Virus record (IMG/VR): IMGVR_UViG_2740892119_000002 | Reading direction: 5' to 3' (one strand) | DNA: 64,000 nt | DNA from: a virus | Lineage: Duplodnaviria; Heunggongvirae; Uroviricota; Caudoviricetes | Part shown: piece after piece, positions 1 to 10,638 of the stretch | How positions within the stretch are numbered: position 1 is the stretch's first letter | Layout of the letters: each line of letters starts with the position of its first letter | Translations under genes and position numbers: made by a program | The notes under the pieces: model-generated | The model's database searches: none | What the model was told of the DNA's origin: nothing | The model's input: the letters and a program-made list of their open reading frames with translations, nothing else

Positions 1-417
1 CTAATGAAGCAGTACCCGGAGGATGAAAAATTCCGTATGCGTGTACACGGCTTTAGCGAAACAATGCTGCGCGTCCATTACATTTCCAGTAGCCCTAACT
101 ACAATGATGGTAAATCAGTTAGTTACCATGTGCCGCTGTGTGGTGTGTTTATCTGCGATGAAACTCTCCGTGATGGAATCATCATCAACGGTGAATTCGA
201 GAAAGCAAAATTTAGCCTTTATGACTCTATAGAACCGATCATCTGCGACCGCTGGCCGCAGGCAAAAATATATCGCCTGGCAGATATTGAAAATGTAAAA
301 AAACAAATTGCCATCACTCGCGAAGAGAAAAAGGTCAAATCAGCCGCATCAGTTACGCGCAGCCGTAAAACTAAGAAGGGGCAGCCAGTAAACGACAACC
401 CCGAAAGCGCGCAATAG
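1..417 (+). CDS. c1: C1-type immunity repressor, C-terminal part; frame is open at the window start so the gene begins upstream
   Basis: ORF 4..417 with frame open from position 1; convergent with pacB as in the P1 ImmC region; the protein's operator sequence recurs throughout the window. Confidence 0.5.
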   Translation, partial: LMKQYPEDEKFRMRVHGFSETMLRVHYISSSPNYNDGKSVSYHVPLCGVFICDETLRDGIIINGEFEKAKFSLYDSIEPIICDRWPQAKIYRLADIENVKKQIAITREEKKVKSAASVTRSRKTKKGQPVNDNPESAQ

Positions 418-441
418 TTTCTATCCGGCATGGTCAATGAG

Positions 442-1926
442 TTATTCATTAAGCCATGCCAGAGCTTCATCAACCTGCGCTTCGTCTTCGACGCTAAGCA
501 CCTCATCCTGGGGAACATAATCCGCCAGCATAGCGAAACAATATGTATCCCAATGGTCTGGTGAGTGCAGGTTGAGCTTTTTCTTCATGTCTTCCTTAGT
601 CATCACCCGCCATTGACCTGCGGAGTTAATACCTACAGGTATTTTAGACGCTTCCTCAATGGTTGCATTACCCTTATCCAGTCTCATACGACCAGATTTT
701 ACGGCCTCTGCGGCTTGAACGTTGGCATAAGCACGTTTATCAAAGTACAGGCTCTTATCTTCACGGCTATGCATCTTTTTACCCCAGCGTATACGCTGTA
801 CGGTAATACCATAATACTCGTACATCAGATCCGCCGTTGCTTTACCCAGGCCATCGCCGTCTATCGCTATGGTGATATTTGGGAATCGCTCAGGATTACA
901 TTCTGCGAAAATTTTGGCGGCAAGCTGCGTTTCTGTAACGTCTGTGTATTCCAGCATTCGATAGTTGATTACACGGCGTTTATTTCGCTGGCCGGACACC
1001 ATCATGATATTGATAACGGACTTATCCCGTCCCGTACCACCAGCAACGTCCACACATGCAAGCCAGCCCCATCCTTTTGCAATCTTGACTTTCCGCCGCG
1101 TTGCACGTTCAACCTCATCACGTCCAAGAAGGAAGCCATCCTGTGATTTAGGGAATAGGCCGCGTACCTTAATCATGTACATAGGGTTATCACGCCCGCC
1201 GTACTCCGCCAGCTTCATTTTGATAAATGCTGGCGTTACCAACGGTGATTCCTCACTGTTAAGCGTGATCGCCGTATAAACGCCATCAGGGTTACCAGGA
1301 CGCTTGGCCAGTTTATGGTGTGTATCGTAGAAATAGCCGCTTGGGCGTGTAGGCTGTGACAGCAATAAGATGCGGTTATCCTGTCCGGTAAGAGCACCGG
1401 TGATGATACCGAAAGCTCTATCACTGACACCGGAGGCTTCATCGATAATATACAGGAGATGATCTGCGTGTTCACCGGCGAGAGCTTCTTCACTTCCCAG
1501 ACGAAAGCCCTTCGGTACTACAGTCCATACACCTTTACCAGTAATCTCATAGAAAGCGGTTTCTGTCAGAACAAAATAATCAGCAAGCCATGGGAAACGG
1601 CTGGTGGCAGTAGCCCAGTTTATCTTGATGTACTTGAATATACCGGTCATTACCTGCTGAATTTTGTTCGCAACGATAATGGCACGGGCACCTGGATACA
1701 TGATTATGAACAACATGATCATGATAGAAGTCATGTCTGATTTCCCGGTACCGTGACCAGACGAAACAGATGTCTTGCTACCCTGTTCCTGCACAGACTC
1801 AATAATCAGATCCTGCTGCCAGGTAGGTGTTTTGCCGAACAAAACATCAGCGGCAGCAATCCAGTCATAACGATATAGCGCCACCAGCTCGCGCCAACGT
1901 GGATCCGTTACGCAACTTCTGGCCAT
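442..1926 (-). CDS. pacB: terminase large subunit (PacB)
   Basis: 494 aa with Walker A GHGTGKS; directly downstream of pacA with a 1-nt overlap; length matches P1 PacB. Confidence 0.9.
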   Translation of the reverse strand: MARSCVTDPRWRELVALYRYDWIAAADVLFGKTPTWQQDLIIESVQEQGSKTSVSSGHGTGKSDMTSIMIMLFIIMYPGARAIIVANKIQQVMTGIFKYIKINWATATSRFPWLADYFVLTETAFYEITGKGVWTVVPKGFRLGSEEALAGEHADHLLYIIDEASGVSDRAFGIITGALTGQDNRILLLSQPTRPSGYFYDTHHKLAKRPGNPDGVYTAITLNSEESPLVTPAFIKMKLAEYGGRDNPMYMIKVRGLFPKSQDGFLLGRDEVERATRRKVKIAKGWGWLACVDVAGGTGRDKSVINIMMVSGQRNKRRVINYRMLEYTDVTETQLAAKIFAECNPERFPNITIAIDGDGLGKATADLMYEYYGITVQRIRWGKKMHSREDKSLYFDKRAYANVQAAEAVKSGRMRLDKGNATIEEASKIPVGINSAGQWRVMTKEDMKKKLNLHSPDHWDTYCFAMLADYVPQDEVLSVEDEAQVDEALAWLNE

Positions 1927-3119
1927 TAATCATCATCCCCGTATAGCTTGCGGGTAACTTCTTCGTCTTCCTCCTCGTCTTCGTCCAGGTCTTGTTCCAG
2001 CCATGGGTCGTTTGATACACCTTCAGTATCAACATCTCCATAACCGCCTGTATCAACGATATCGGCGATTTCTTCCCTACGCTGCTCAATCCACAATGCG
2101 GCATCGGCGCGGCGGTTGGCGGCCCGTTCTCGCGCAACTTTGTCCAGATCTTCAAGAGAAGGGCCACCGACGGCTGTTTGCCTTTCCTCATCATCGGTAT
2201 TGGTCTTAGGAGCACGCAGATCGGCTTTGATTTGCTCCAGCATCAGGGGCGGCACTTTCCCGCCATGCGCCTCAATGAATTCAGCTGCTTCCAGCACTGA
2301 CCAGTTATTTTCACGCTTTCGTTCGTATGCCAGCTTAACAATGCCAGCTTGCCCCATAGACAAAGCGTGCTTTTCCGCCTCCCGGCTTTCTTTTCGATAG
2401 TTATTCCGGATGCTGTAAATGGTGTTGATCAGGCTGCTTATCTGCGCGGAACAGCTGTTTAGCATGCTCGCGATACGGTATTCAGGCGGAGTACCTTCAT
2501 CATCGTCTTTTTGCTGATCGCGCATTTCCTGCACCAGGCGAATACACGTATCCCTGGCGTTCTCCAGCATAAGGAGATGAGAGAGAGACTTTTCCAGAAG
2601 AGTGGTTTCCAGAACATCAGCCCCGGACCGACGCAACATAGCGCGCGCGGCCTTCCGCGCTTCAACGTTATCTATCAGGTAATCGCCAGCTTCGAATTCA
2701 AAGCGTTCACCATCATCATCCAGGGTGTCGCGTTCCAGGCGATCACGTAAGGTCCGGTGGGCGCGGGTGATCACGTCATGATCATCAGAACGATCATTTA
2801 TGCGCTTATTCTGGCGCTTCGCGTTCTCGACTGCGGCACTGACAACAGCATTAACTCTTTGTTTTTCAGCCATTTCAGCCACAACGTGATCACCTGCACG
2901 TTGATCATTAGCGTGATCAATGATCATGCTTTTTAGTGGTTTTCTGACAGGCTTATTTGGCTTACGGCTGTCCGCTGTTCCGGTGTCTTCTTTGAATGCA
3001 CGGAGATAACGACGTGCGGTGTTTGGGTTGAGATTAAACTCGGCGGCATATTGTGCGATGGTGTAACCACCATCTCGCGCCAGGCGAGCAAAATTCTTCT
3101 TGTGATCGTCCCAGGTCAC
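1926..3119 (-). CDS. pacA: terminase small subunit / pac-recognition protein (PacA); GTG start
   Basis: 397 aa with acidic C-terminus; contains the hexamer-repeat pac site inside its coding sequence. Confidence 0.85.
   Translation of the reverse strand: MTWDDHKKNFARLARDGGYTIAQYAAEFNLNPNTARRYLRAFKEDTGTADSRKPNKPVRKPLKSMIIDHANDQRAGDHVVAEMAEKQRVNAVVSAAVENAKRQNKRINDRSDDHDVITRAHRTLRDRLERDTLDDDGERFEFEAGDYLIDNVEARKAARAMLRRSGADVLETTLLEKSLSHLLMLENARDTCIRLVQEMRDQQKDDDEGTPPEYRIASMLNSCSAQISSLINTIYSIRNNYRKESREAEKHALSMGQAGIVKLAYERKRENNWSVLEAAEFIEAHGGKVPPLMLEQIKADLRAPKTNTDDEERQTAVGGPSLEDLDKVARERAANRRADAALWIEQRREEIADIVDTGGYGDVDTEGVSNDPWLEQDLDEDEEEDEEVTRKLYGDDD
2768..2926. other. pac packaging site: seven TGATCA/CGATCA hexamers (3 + 4) each containing a Dam GATC
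   Basis: Hexamers at 2768, 2779, 2791 and 2887, 2902, 2914, 2921; matches the known P1 pac architecture. Confidence 0.7.
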
Positions 3120-3205
3120 TTATGCTTCCTTTCGTATAAAACTCTTTTTGACGCGAGGGTAACGAAAGTCACATGTCAAAAGGCCCGGAACGGGCAAGCA
3201 ATCAA

Positions 3206-3658
3206 TCAGATACGTGCGGATGTGGCATTACCGTAATGACGGTGCTGACGGACCACCTTATTGAAAAGTTGACGCGCCACCACCCAAGGCTGGTGCTCCC
3301 GGCGTTCCTTTTCGTCCTGCGTCATATAGAGTTCGTTCTGGAGTTTTTCATCAAACCGGCGCGGAGCGCGGCTGCGGCGAAAGAATTCAGGATTCAGAGA
3401 GTGGATCTGAAATCTACGTGGGCGTGTACTGTCATCAATCAAAACAGACGAATACTTAGACACAGCGATAGCCTTTAAGCGCAGATAAACATCGCGCTTA
3501 TCGACATCCAGATGCGGGTATTCCTTTTCAAGAATTGCTGCGAGTTCTTTCGCTGATAGAAGAGATTTAGTGCGGATCATGTAATCCGCAATCTCGTACG
3601 ATGTTATTCGTGAGTGATTTATTTCCATGAAGTGGCGTCCCTGCCAGTTAAGTAACAT
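3206..3658 (-). CDS. lpa: late promoter activator Lpa-like protein (150 aa)
   Basis: Position between pacA and pdcB as in P1; size matches Lpa; partial C1 operator upstream. Confidence 0.55.
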   Translation of the reverse strand: MLLNWQGRHFMEINHSRITSYEIADYMIRTKSLLSAKELAAILEKEYPHLDVDKRDVYLRLKAIAVSKYSSVLIDDSTRPRRFQIHSLNPEFFRRSRAPRRFDEKLQNELYMTQDEKERREHQPWVVARQLFNKVVRQHRHYGNATSARI

Positions 3659-3729
3659 CCTGTCACCTACTGATTAGCCCATGTCAACTAATCAACGTCG
3701 AATATAATACCCTCGATTAAATAAATAGC

Positions 3730-3748
3730 AATACATTAGAGCAATTTT
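3730..3748. promoter_or_regulatory. partial C1 operator (11 of 17 positions) about 75 bp upstream of lpa
   Basis: Reverse complement of ATTAGAGCAAT = ATTGCTCTAAT at 3735-3745. Confidence 0.3.
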
Positions 3749-4790
3749 ATCTAACGCTCGACGAATGACTTGTGATAGCGCCGACTCCAAGCGCGTAATC
3801 AAAGAACAATCGTTGATGCATCGCCAGCCTACCGTGCGTCTTCTCCCAATTATCGCGGTCACGCTCAATATCACGCTGGCATGACTGGCACAGAGGAATA
3901 GCATAAATGTCATGCGCGCATAATCGACTATGACGAACGATATAAGGCGTAATGTGAGCGCCAGCTCCCGCAGCTCCACAGCCACAGCATGGACGGGAAG
4001 CCACAAAGTCCATGTACTCGGGCAATTTTAGCGATTGAAGTTTTGGTATCTTGAAATGCGCCATACCTGGGTCGGAGTCAACATCCACAGGGCATACTTT
4101 TGCACGCATCGGCGCGGCGCGTTCTTCCATCATCTGAACATATGCTGTAGCGCGATCGTCATACGGGCGAATATCCGCCTCTTTCAGAGGTCCGCTATCC
4201 TGCGGAGTAGCCTTCATCTTATTTATTGATATGCGGCAGACTTCTTCCGGCATCAGGTGCATCATGTTGCGCATGAAAGCCCACCAGCACAGCTCCTGAA
4301 TACTTAAATCATGGCTATTTGAAAGGCCCATTTCCTGACGGGCGACATCCAGTATCCAGTTAACGCGATTATTGTGCAGCGTTTCTTTCAGCTCATTAAA
4401 ACCACGCATCCGGTAATGGTTATCGTGATGCCAGCACAACAACACCGCGCTATTGTCTCGTTCAGCGTGGACAATATGGTTGTCACACCAACTACGATCT
4501 GCGGCCTGGCATTGACCCTCTTTCCTACGCAACCACGCCACCAGCGCGTCAATTCCACCAATACGGCGAAACAGTTCATCGCTGTTAAAAAACGGCTGCA
4601 ACGCCTCATTTGTTGCCATGGTTTGCTCGGTAACAACGAGGCCGTCTTCCATGTGCTCGATTAACTCACGCGGCACCGGCTCCATAATAAATTTACGGCC
4701 AGCCTCCACCAGCTTTCTGACCTCCTGATCCACTTTGAACGTGGCGAGGCCAAGCTCTTTCTGTACAAAGGGAGTAATTACGGCTTTCAC
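3747..4790 (-). CDS. pdcB: PdcB-like conserved phage protein (347 aa) with Cys/His-rich C-terminus (possible zinc/HNH-like, DUF968-type)
   Basis: C-terminal CCGCG...CAHD...CQSCQ cluster; location next to doc as in P1. Confidence 0.55.
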   Translation of the reverse strand: MKAVITPFVQKELGLATFKVDQEVRKLVEAGRKFIMEPVPRELIEHMEDGLVVTEQTMATNEALQPFFNSDELFRRIGGIDALVAWLRRKEGQCQAADRSWCDNHIVHAERDNSAVLLCWHHDNHYRMRGFNELKETLHNNRVNWILDVARQEMGLSNSHDLSIQELCWWAFMRNMMHLMPEEVCRISINKMKATPQDSGPLKEADIRPYDDRATAYVQMMEERAAPMRAKVCPVDVDSDPGMAHFKIPKLQSLKLPEYMDFVASRPCCGCGAAGAGAHITPYIVRHSRLCAHDIYAIPLCQSCQRDIERDRDNWEKTHGRLAMHQRLFFDYALGVGAITSHSSSVR

Positions 4791-4817
4791 ATCACACCTT
4801 TAATCACTGATTGGGCT

Positions 4818-4997
4818 TTATCTGCTGCCCGGCATTCTCTGTTTAAGCACAACCATTTCCTGACGGCATAACACAGCAATAGCGGTCCTGACTCCAATTT
4901 GCTTACCAACCAGGTATTGCTTTACCTTGCGGCGACTCACGCCATCAAGAAGCATCTTTAACGCTTCACGGGACAATTTGTTGTATTTGCGTGCCAT
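4818..4997 (-). CDS. small basic hypothetical protein (about 59 aa from MARKYNKL), possible HTH
   Basis: ORF 4818..5018 overlapping the doc stop; start taken at the internal Met; weak. Confidence 0.25.
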   Translation of the reverse strand: MARKYNKLSREALKMLLDGVSRRKVKQYLVGKQIGVRTAIAVLCRQEMVVLKQRMPGSR

Positions 4998-5001
4998 TAA
5001 T

Positions 5002-5382
5002 CTACTCCGCAGAACCATACAATCTACGTAACGTGTCGGCGACAGAAGATACAGATATCTCGCCAGTCGCAGCGCCTACAGTAAGGTCTGCCAGTTCAGG
5101 TGAATCAAATACCTGCACCCCGTTACGGCGTAGAAATAGCAGCGCACTGTTTAGCGCGGTACGCTTATTGGCATCATTGAATATATGCCCTCTCGCCGTA
5201 GCCACCAGGTAGGTGGCGGAGACTTCGAAAAGGTCGGTGATCTCTTCGTAGGCAACTCTGGCCTGAACTCTCCCGATAATGGCCTCTGCCCTACCCGGAT
5301 CTGACATTCCCGGCAGGCCGCCGTAGCGGCTTATATTCGCATCATGAAGCGCAATAAGTTCTTCCGGTGATATATGCCTCAT
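5002..5382 (-). CDS. doc: Doc toxin (Fic-fold kinase, death on curing)
   Basis: 126 aa [22 protein letters not shown]... recognised as P1 Doc; overlaps the phd stop. Confidence 0.95.
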
Positions 5383-5603
5383 TATCGGTTAACCAGTTCC
5401 TTGTTGGTGGAGTCCAGGGTGTCAAACAGGGATGCAAATTCAGCATCCAGCGCCGCTTTTTTGTAGGCTTCGAAAGTAGCCTTGCTGACAATTACTGCTG
5501 GCTCACGGCCTCTGCGGGTGATTTCAACCTCTTCCCCGGCTTCAACATTGTTGAGCACTTCAGAAAGGTTGCCACGCGCGGTACGGAAGTTAATGGATTG
5601 CAT
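5382..5603 (-). CDS. phd: Phd antitoxin (prevent host death)
   Basis: [32 protein letters not shown]..., 73 aa from the second Met; classic phd-doc overlap. Confidence 0.9.
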
Positions 5604-5675
5604 AAACACCTCGTGTACTCGTTATGTGTACACAATTATAAACTTCACAGGCATAAAGCACCAGCACTTTGCAGC

Positions 5676-6065
5676 TTAAATAACCGGACAATCATCAAAT
5701 TCCCCACTTCGGGCATCATTGATGACATGAGTGATTACACCAAAAACAGCATTACTGCCCGTGTATCCATCGTCATCTACTGGTAACGCCTCTTTCTTCC
5801 CGGTGCTTAAATCCTCCAGGTGCTGGCGCGGATACTTCCTGTATCTCTTTATGCGATATTCACCCTCCATAGCGCACACAAGCAGAGAACCATCAACCGG
5901 AGTAAGCGAGGAATCAACCACCAGCAAAGCACCCTGCAATATTCCCTCACGGTGATGGCTATCAGCTGCCCGCATGAAGTAGGTCGCTGAAGGATGTCTA
6001 ATTATCTGCTGATCAAGAGAAATTCGGCTTTCAACATAATCCGCCGCAGGAGAAGGGAAGCCCAT
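5676..6065 (-). CDS. humD: HumD, UmuD' homolog
   Basis: 129 aa S24-peptidase-like C-terminal domain; LexA box immediately upstream. Confidence 0.8.
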   Translation of the reverse strand: MGFPSPAADYVESRISLDQQIIRHPSATYFMRAADSHHREGILQGALLVVDSSLTPVDGSLLVCAMEGEYRIKRYRKYPRQHLEDLSTGKKEALPVDDDGYTGSNAVFGVITHVINDARSGEFDDCPVI

Positions 6066-6083
6066 AGCGTTTTACCTCAATGA

Positions 6084-6103
6084 TACTGTTTATTCATACA
6101 GTA
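6084..6103. promoter_or_regulatory. LexA (SOS) box TACTGTTTATTCATACAGTA upstream of humD
   Basis: CTGT-N8-ACAG palindrome 19 bp upstream of the humD start. Confidence 0.7.
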
Positions 6104-6188
6104 TACATTGAAAAGGCATAGTTTGTGAAAGCGGGGTTTGTAGGCGCGCCACGCTGGGGGCTAATCACATTTCTCCCCCATCTTGCCG

Positions 6189-6461
6189 TTATTTTTTTGG
6201 TGCATCCTCGTTCTGATACACCGGATCGCTCCCTTTTGGCAACTGGAGGCTTAACTGCCGATAGTGCCGTAACCGTTCCATGAAATAGGTGCGCAGATTC
6301 TCTGGTTGCTCGCGGGCTACCTGTTCAGCTATGACAGGTATGTTCAATCGCTCTTTGTACGCCACACCGCTGGCAGCCAGATCAACGTTAACCTTATCCC
6401 GTTCTTCCTGACTTTTAGCTGCAATATTCCAATCGTGCATATCAAATCCCATCCAGAACAA
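6189..6461 (-). CDS. hot: Hot, homolog of DNA polymerase III theta subunit; true start probably the internal Met (MHDWNI)
   Basis: [43 protein letters not shown] closely resembles E. coli HolE. Confidence 0.8.
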   Translation of the reverse strand: MFWMGFDMHDWNIAAKSQEERDKVNVDLAASGVAYKERLNIPVIAEQVAREQPENLRTYFMERLRHYRQLSLQLPKGSDPVYQNEDAPKK

Positions 6462-6889
6462 TTGCGTAACGACTATTATTTAACCAGCAAAGTAACTTTT
6501 AATTTTTTTTCTTTTCCCATTGATTTTTGTGCACAGCTTATCTGCCTTGCCGTGCGCAGAATCAACTTTTTTCTTCCTGATTTATCCACAAAGTTATGCA
6601 CTTGCAAGAGGGCCATTTTCTAAATATTGTGATGTTTCACAAATGAAATGAATTTTGATTAATGAAGATAAGGAGAAAATTTGAGATGCAATCATGACGT
6701 TAATAGATAGGGTCTGCATTACAGACCCCATCCGCATCAAGGAATTAGCCGTTCCCTGATGTTGTTCCGAAAACATGTGCCGTAAGCTCACGTTAACGAC
6801 TTTCTTTCACCGAATCCAACTATATAGGGGTTGGGTTTCTACGTCAACGTGAGCAAGTGCTCCTTTACATTTGACAAGGAACCACCTTA

Positions 6890-7027
6890 ATGACTGCTTT
6901 TTTTCAGTTCCTGAGTGCATTTTTAGATGCGCCTGTTATTAGCCAGATTCTGGCGATCATCCTCATCATCGTTTTGATTTTGCTTTTAAGGTCAGTAAAA
7001 AATGGAATTATGCACTGGCTTACTTAA
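6890..7027 (+). CDS. 45-aa hydrophobic peptide MTAFFQFLSAFLDAPVISQILAIILIIVLILLLRSVKNGIMHWLT; candidate small membrane toxin or membrane protein
   Basis: AGGAA Shine-Dalgarno 8 nt upstream; lies on the opposite strand in a 640-bp AT-rich gap between minus-strand genes; below the ORF-track size cutoff. Confidence 0.35.
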   Translation: MTAFFQFLSAFLDAPVISQILAIILIIVLILLLRSVKNGIMHWLT

Positions 7028-7101
7028 TGTTCAGTGAAACATTAAAATCTCCTTGATGTGGAAACAATCATTTTCTGTATGTGCTGGTGGGTACCTGTAG
7101 T

Positions 7102-7464
7102 TCAGCTTTCGTTGGCATTTAACTTCGTCTTTGCTTTCTCCACCAGCAACTTCCAGATGCCTATTTCATTAGCAGCCGCCTTGATGGCGGCATAAAAAGC
7201 ATCTTGCTGATCGTAACGCTGAATCTGTTTTTTCAGTTTTGCCTCCACCAATTTAATTTCATTACGTGCTTTCTGAAGCCGCAGCGCCGCCCGGTTACGT
7301 CTGTTCTTGTATAGCGCGTTAATCTCTGATAATTGCTTTAATTTACCAGCCTGACTGCGGATTATCGCCTCTCTGACTTCTGCCGTGCGTCTCATCTGAT
7401 CTCTTAAGAGTTCACCGTTTTCGATAATTCTTTCAAGGTGTTTGATGTGATCTGCAACTCTCAT
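7102..7464 (-). CDS. coiled-coil hypothetical protein (120 aa)
   Basis: ORF with ATGA overlap to the upstream gene; heptad-rich, K/R/E-rich. Confidence 0.5.
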   Translation of the reverse strand: MRVADHIKHLERIIENGELLRDQMRRTAEVREAIIRSQAGKLKQLSEINALYKNRRNRAALRLQKARNEIKLVEAKLKKQIQRYDQQDAFYAAIKAAANEIGIWKLLVEKAKTKLNANES

Positions 7465-8393
7465 ACTTCACCCTCGCTTGTATCGCCAGCATCCACCAGC
7501 GGCAATAAAGCCCTGGCCATCTTATGAACCAATAGTGCATCAATAATGCCAAGCGTATGCCCCGGCTTAATGTTTAATGCCGCCTCAAGGTGACACCTTT
7601 CCAGGCCACTTTTCTCGGCTTGTTTATGATGATCTGGTGTAATAACGTCGCCCAAAACACGGCTAATTCTTTCTCGTAATTGCTGGGTGCCAGCACACTT
7701 GATCGCTGTATCGTGGAGACGGTTAACCAGTTCGCGATAAACATGCGGCTTAATTCGGATACGTTCACCGGTGACGCCCTTTCCTGGTGCTGGCACCGAA
7801 CTATCCGGAATATCCGGATAGTTGCCAGCCTCGTAAGCTACCCGCAGCCAGTGCATGAATGTTTCAGTGGACACACAACCACAGTCCACATCGATTTTCC
7901 CGCGTTGCTGTTCCAGCCATTGCCCAAAATCCAACCTGTAAGTCTTACTTTCAAGTTCATCACCATTGAACTCGACTTTCTGCGACGCTATGAGAGCTGA
8001 TTCGTATTGTTCGCGAGTGACAACTGACTGGTATTCATCGCTATCAAGGTCACCAATTGGAAGCTCAATCTCACAACAAAAATTGCGCCCAAAGAAAGTG
8101 TCTTTTTTGTGGTCTGAGCCAAAAGCAAAAGTCGCGCATGGTGCCATTAAATTGACACTGGGTAGGTAACAATAACTCATTCCATCAGGCCACCCACCGC
8201 ACTTAGGCAGTTCCTTCACTAACAAGTCGATAAACTTCATTTTTTTATCATCTTTGCAAGCCGCCAAAGCCATTTGGGCAAGTGCCAATACTTCATCTGC
8301 CGTATATCCAGCACCGTGACCATACATTTCGATACGGGAAATAATCTCTGATATACGCTCTTCAGTGATTCTGGTCATTTCTTTTTGCGCCAT
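7461..8393 (-). CDS. hypothetical protein (310 aa), Cys-rich central region
   Basis: Long ORF translationally coupled to neighbours; no recognisable motif. Confidence 0.55.
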   Translation of the reverse strand: MAQKEMTRITEERISEIISRIEMYGHGAGYTADEVLALAQMALAACKDDKKMKFIDLLVKELPKCGGWPDGMSYCYLPSVNLMAPCATFAFGSDHKKDTFFGRNFCCEIELPIGDLDSDEYQSVVTREQYESALIASQKVEFNGDELESKTYRLDFGQWLEQQRGKIDVDCGCVSTETFMHWLRVAYEAGNYPDIPDSSVPAPGKGVTGERIRIKPHVYRELVNRLHDTAIKCAGTQQLRERISRVLGDVITPDHHKQAEKSGLERCHLEAALNIKPGHTLGIIDALLVHKMARALLPLVDAGDTSEGEV

Positions 8394-8749
8394 TTCTTTT
8401 CACATTCCTTAGTCCATTTTTCAATGTTCATTTTGGCAATATCAGTCATTCCATCACCTAAGAAATACTTTCTCCGGTACGTCTTGCACTTAAACCACAC
8501 TACAACAGCCACCAGCCAGAAAATAAAAGGCCATACAGCAATACCAACTCCAGCCGCGATAAAGCCCAATAGCCATAAATGAAGCTCTCCAACTTCTGTT
8601 TGCGGCAATATTCTTAAAGAATTAAGCAGCAGACTGAAGGAATAGTCGTATGCATTGGCGGTATAAGACATGCAATCCATATAATTAAAGTCATAGCCTG
8701 CGGCTGCCGCCCATAATGGGCGGTCAAGAAAATGTTTTAGTGTCATCAT
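8375..8749 (-). CDS. membrane protein (124 aa) with two predicted TM segments and a lysine-rich tail
   Basis: Hydrophobic stretch LWLLGFIAAGVGIAVWPFIFWLVAVVVW. Confidence 0.5.
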   Translation of the reverse strand: MMTLKHFLDRPLWAAAAGYDFNYMDCMSYTANAYDYSFSLLLNSLRILPQTEVGELHLWLLGFIAAGVGIAVWPFIFWLVAVVVWFKCKTYRRKYFLGDGMTDIAKMNIEKWTKECEKKWRKKK

Positions 8750-8755
8750 ATAAAT

Positions 8756-9145
8756 TTAAGGTTCAGACCAGTTATCTTCAATAGCAATGCTTAATCTTTG
8801 TAGCCATTCTGCTAATTTCAGCATTGCTTCTCTTTCGCTTAAACCACGAGGAAAATCATCAAGCGAAATTGTTGGCTTGAAGCCCCCGTAATTATCTATT
8901 TCAACAGTCAGATTTTGCTCCAGCACGGTATTCCTTACGCGGCTATTGTGCCGAAGCAAATATACTGAACGTGATTTATTGGTTTTATGGTCAAACTGAT
9001 ATTCGGTAAGTATCATCTGGCTTTTGCCATGACTATTACCTCTCCACATACTTACCTCACTTAATAAAACAACTCCATGCGTAGTTGATGATTTTTTCCC
9101 ACGTAATATAAATCTGCACTCCGGCAGTAAAACCAAAGCCAACAA
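8756..9145 (-). CDS. hypothetical protein (129 aa; start may be the internal Met)
   Basis: ORF in the operon context. Confidence 0.4.
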   Translation of the reverse strand: MLALVLLPECRFILRGKKSSTTHGVVLLSEVSMWRGNSHGKSQMILTEYQFDHKTNKSRSVYLLRHNSRVRNTVLEQNLTVEIDNYGGFKPTISLDDFPRGLSEREAMLKLAEWLQRLSIAIEDNWSEP

Positions 9146-9227
9146 TTGCTGAAAAAATCAAAACATTTACTTTTGACATTATAAATTTTCTCTCGGTGTC
9201 GTAGGTGATAGCACCATAATTGATAAT

Positions 9228-9479
9228 TTAGTGAGTTAGCAGTTCCATTTTTTGGATGATTTCCGCATGAGCATCATCGTTATCAACACTTAACTCGTTT
9301 AATGCCTCTCGCACTACATCAACTTCTTCTGGTTGGAAGAAGTCATCTCGGTAGTCACCAAATAGAACCGAAACAAGCCTGCCACCAGCAACATCAAGAT
9401 TGGCGCTAACAGGTGGCTCTTTGCCATCCTCAAATTCGACTACAAAAGTTATTTTTCCCATCGTTACCACCAGCGACAA
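9228..9479 (-). CDS. small strongly acidic protein (83 aa)
   Basis: About 18 D/E against 6 K/R/H; composition resembles DNA-mimic or anti-restriction proteins. Confidence 0.45.
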   Translation of the reverse strand: MSLVVTMGKITFVVEFEDGKEPPVSANLDVAGGRLVSVLFGDYRDDFFQPEEVDVVREALNELSVDNDDAHAEIIQKMELLTH

Positions 9480-9543
9480 ATTGAATACAAACCCAGTGCT
9501 GCCGCCATCACAATTCCTACCGTGGTGAATGCTTCAGGCCAGC

Positions 9544-10431
9544 TCATTGATTCACCTCCTGCGGCGGTTCTGGTAGCGGCATCCAGAACAAGGCGTTCCC
9601 TAACCACGATAAAGTGCCGTCGCTCAACTCCACGTATTCCCCTTGCACCTGGCCTGCCATATACTCGCCGTGCTTTGAATAAATTAAAATCCAATCATCT
9701 TGAGCGGGCATTCGCTCACTACAGCTTATCCAACTATCCGGAGTTACCGGAGAGTTGCCAGCCAGTCTACGCAAAACAGCCTTAACAGCCTCAATACGGT
9801 CATCATCGCAATTTTCCAGCGTATCTATGCGGTCGAGCATGATGATGGCGTTATCAATATCAGGATTGCCAGTCCACTCATTACCGCGATTGGATTCGGC
9901 AGCCTGGTTGCCAGATGCTGGCTGATTGTCGGCTTGGCTATAGCTAACAGCACGGCAGGCATCCTCTACGTTCTTCACTGCATCTGCGCAGTAGTTATAG
10001 CGATTGCATTCCACTAACTTCTGCTTGAGATTTTCAATTGCTTGCGCGACATCAGCCTGTATTGGCGGAACGGCTGTTTGCTCTCGAACGTCATTAGTCG
10101 CTATCGGTTCTGCTGCCAACTGACTGGCATATTTGTTAATGGTAACGATAAGCTCTTGCTCGGCCTCATCCAGACAATCACCGATACCTCGCCTGTCACC
10201 GTCAAAATCATCGAAATCGGCACGAATCCTGGCAACCTCCCGGATTGCGGACAACACTTCACCAGGAATAAGCGGAGAGTTGCCCGATAGTACATTCTGC
10301 TCCAGCGATGCCAGAGCAATTCGTGCCAGTTCTTCCGCTTCTTCTGCTGGCAGTACAACGTTGCTACCAGGTCCGTATGTTTCGCGCCACTGCTTGATTG
10401 TCAGTAGTCGCTCTTTGGTTATAGTGGTCAT
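9544..10431 (-). CDS. lambdoid-like accessory protein (295 aa) with DUF551-like C-terminus
   Basis: C-terminal W..LPEPPQ motif; N-terminus MTTIT shared with the ORF at 10639..11103. Confidence 0.55.
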   Translation of the reverse strand: MTTITKERLLTIKQWRETYGPGSNVVLPAEEAEELARIALASLEQNVLSGNSPLIPGEVLSAIREVARIRADFDDFDGDRRGIGDCLDEAEQELIVTINKYASQLAAEPIATNDVREQTAVPPIQADVAQAIENLKQKLVECNRYNYCADAVKNVEDACRAVSYSQADNQPASGNQAAESNRGNEWTGNPDIDNAIIMLDRIDTLENCDDDRIEAVKAVLRRLAGNSPVTPDSWISCSERMPAQDDWILIYSKHGEYMAGQVQGEYVELSDGTLSWLGNALFWMPLPEPPQEVNQ

Positions 10432-10637
10432 TTGTTAACCCTCAAAACTTTATGCCCGGGCGCAAAAGCACGCGTTTTGTCTTTGCTTATTCGCCAGCCA
10501 TCCTTGCGCGCCTCTTTTGCACAGCCAGCCCATGACGTACCTATATACTCACCGAAGTCTGGCACTGGATATACACCTTCCGTGCACTGACGGCAGTCAC
10601 AATAGAGATGCATTGTGTAACTTGCGGCAATAGCCAT
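10428..10637 (-). CDS. small Cys-rich protein (69 aa)
   Basis: C..C..C...C pattern; start/stop overlap with neighbours. Confidence 0.4.
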   Translation of the reverse strand: MAIAASYTMHLYCDCRQCTEGVYPVPDFGEYIGTSWAGCAKEARKDGWRISKDKTRAFAPGHKVLRVNK

Positions 10638-10638
10638 A

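Noticed and set aside
565-1493. Plus- and minus-strand ORFs (193, 104, 85 aa) inside pacB
   Set aside because: Shadow ORFs overlapping a well-supported terminase gene on the opposite strand or in another frame.
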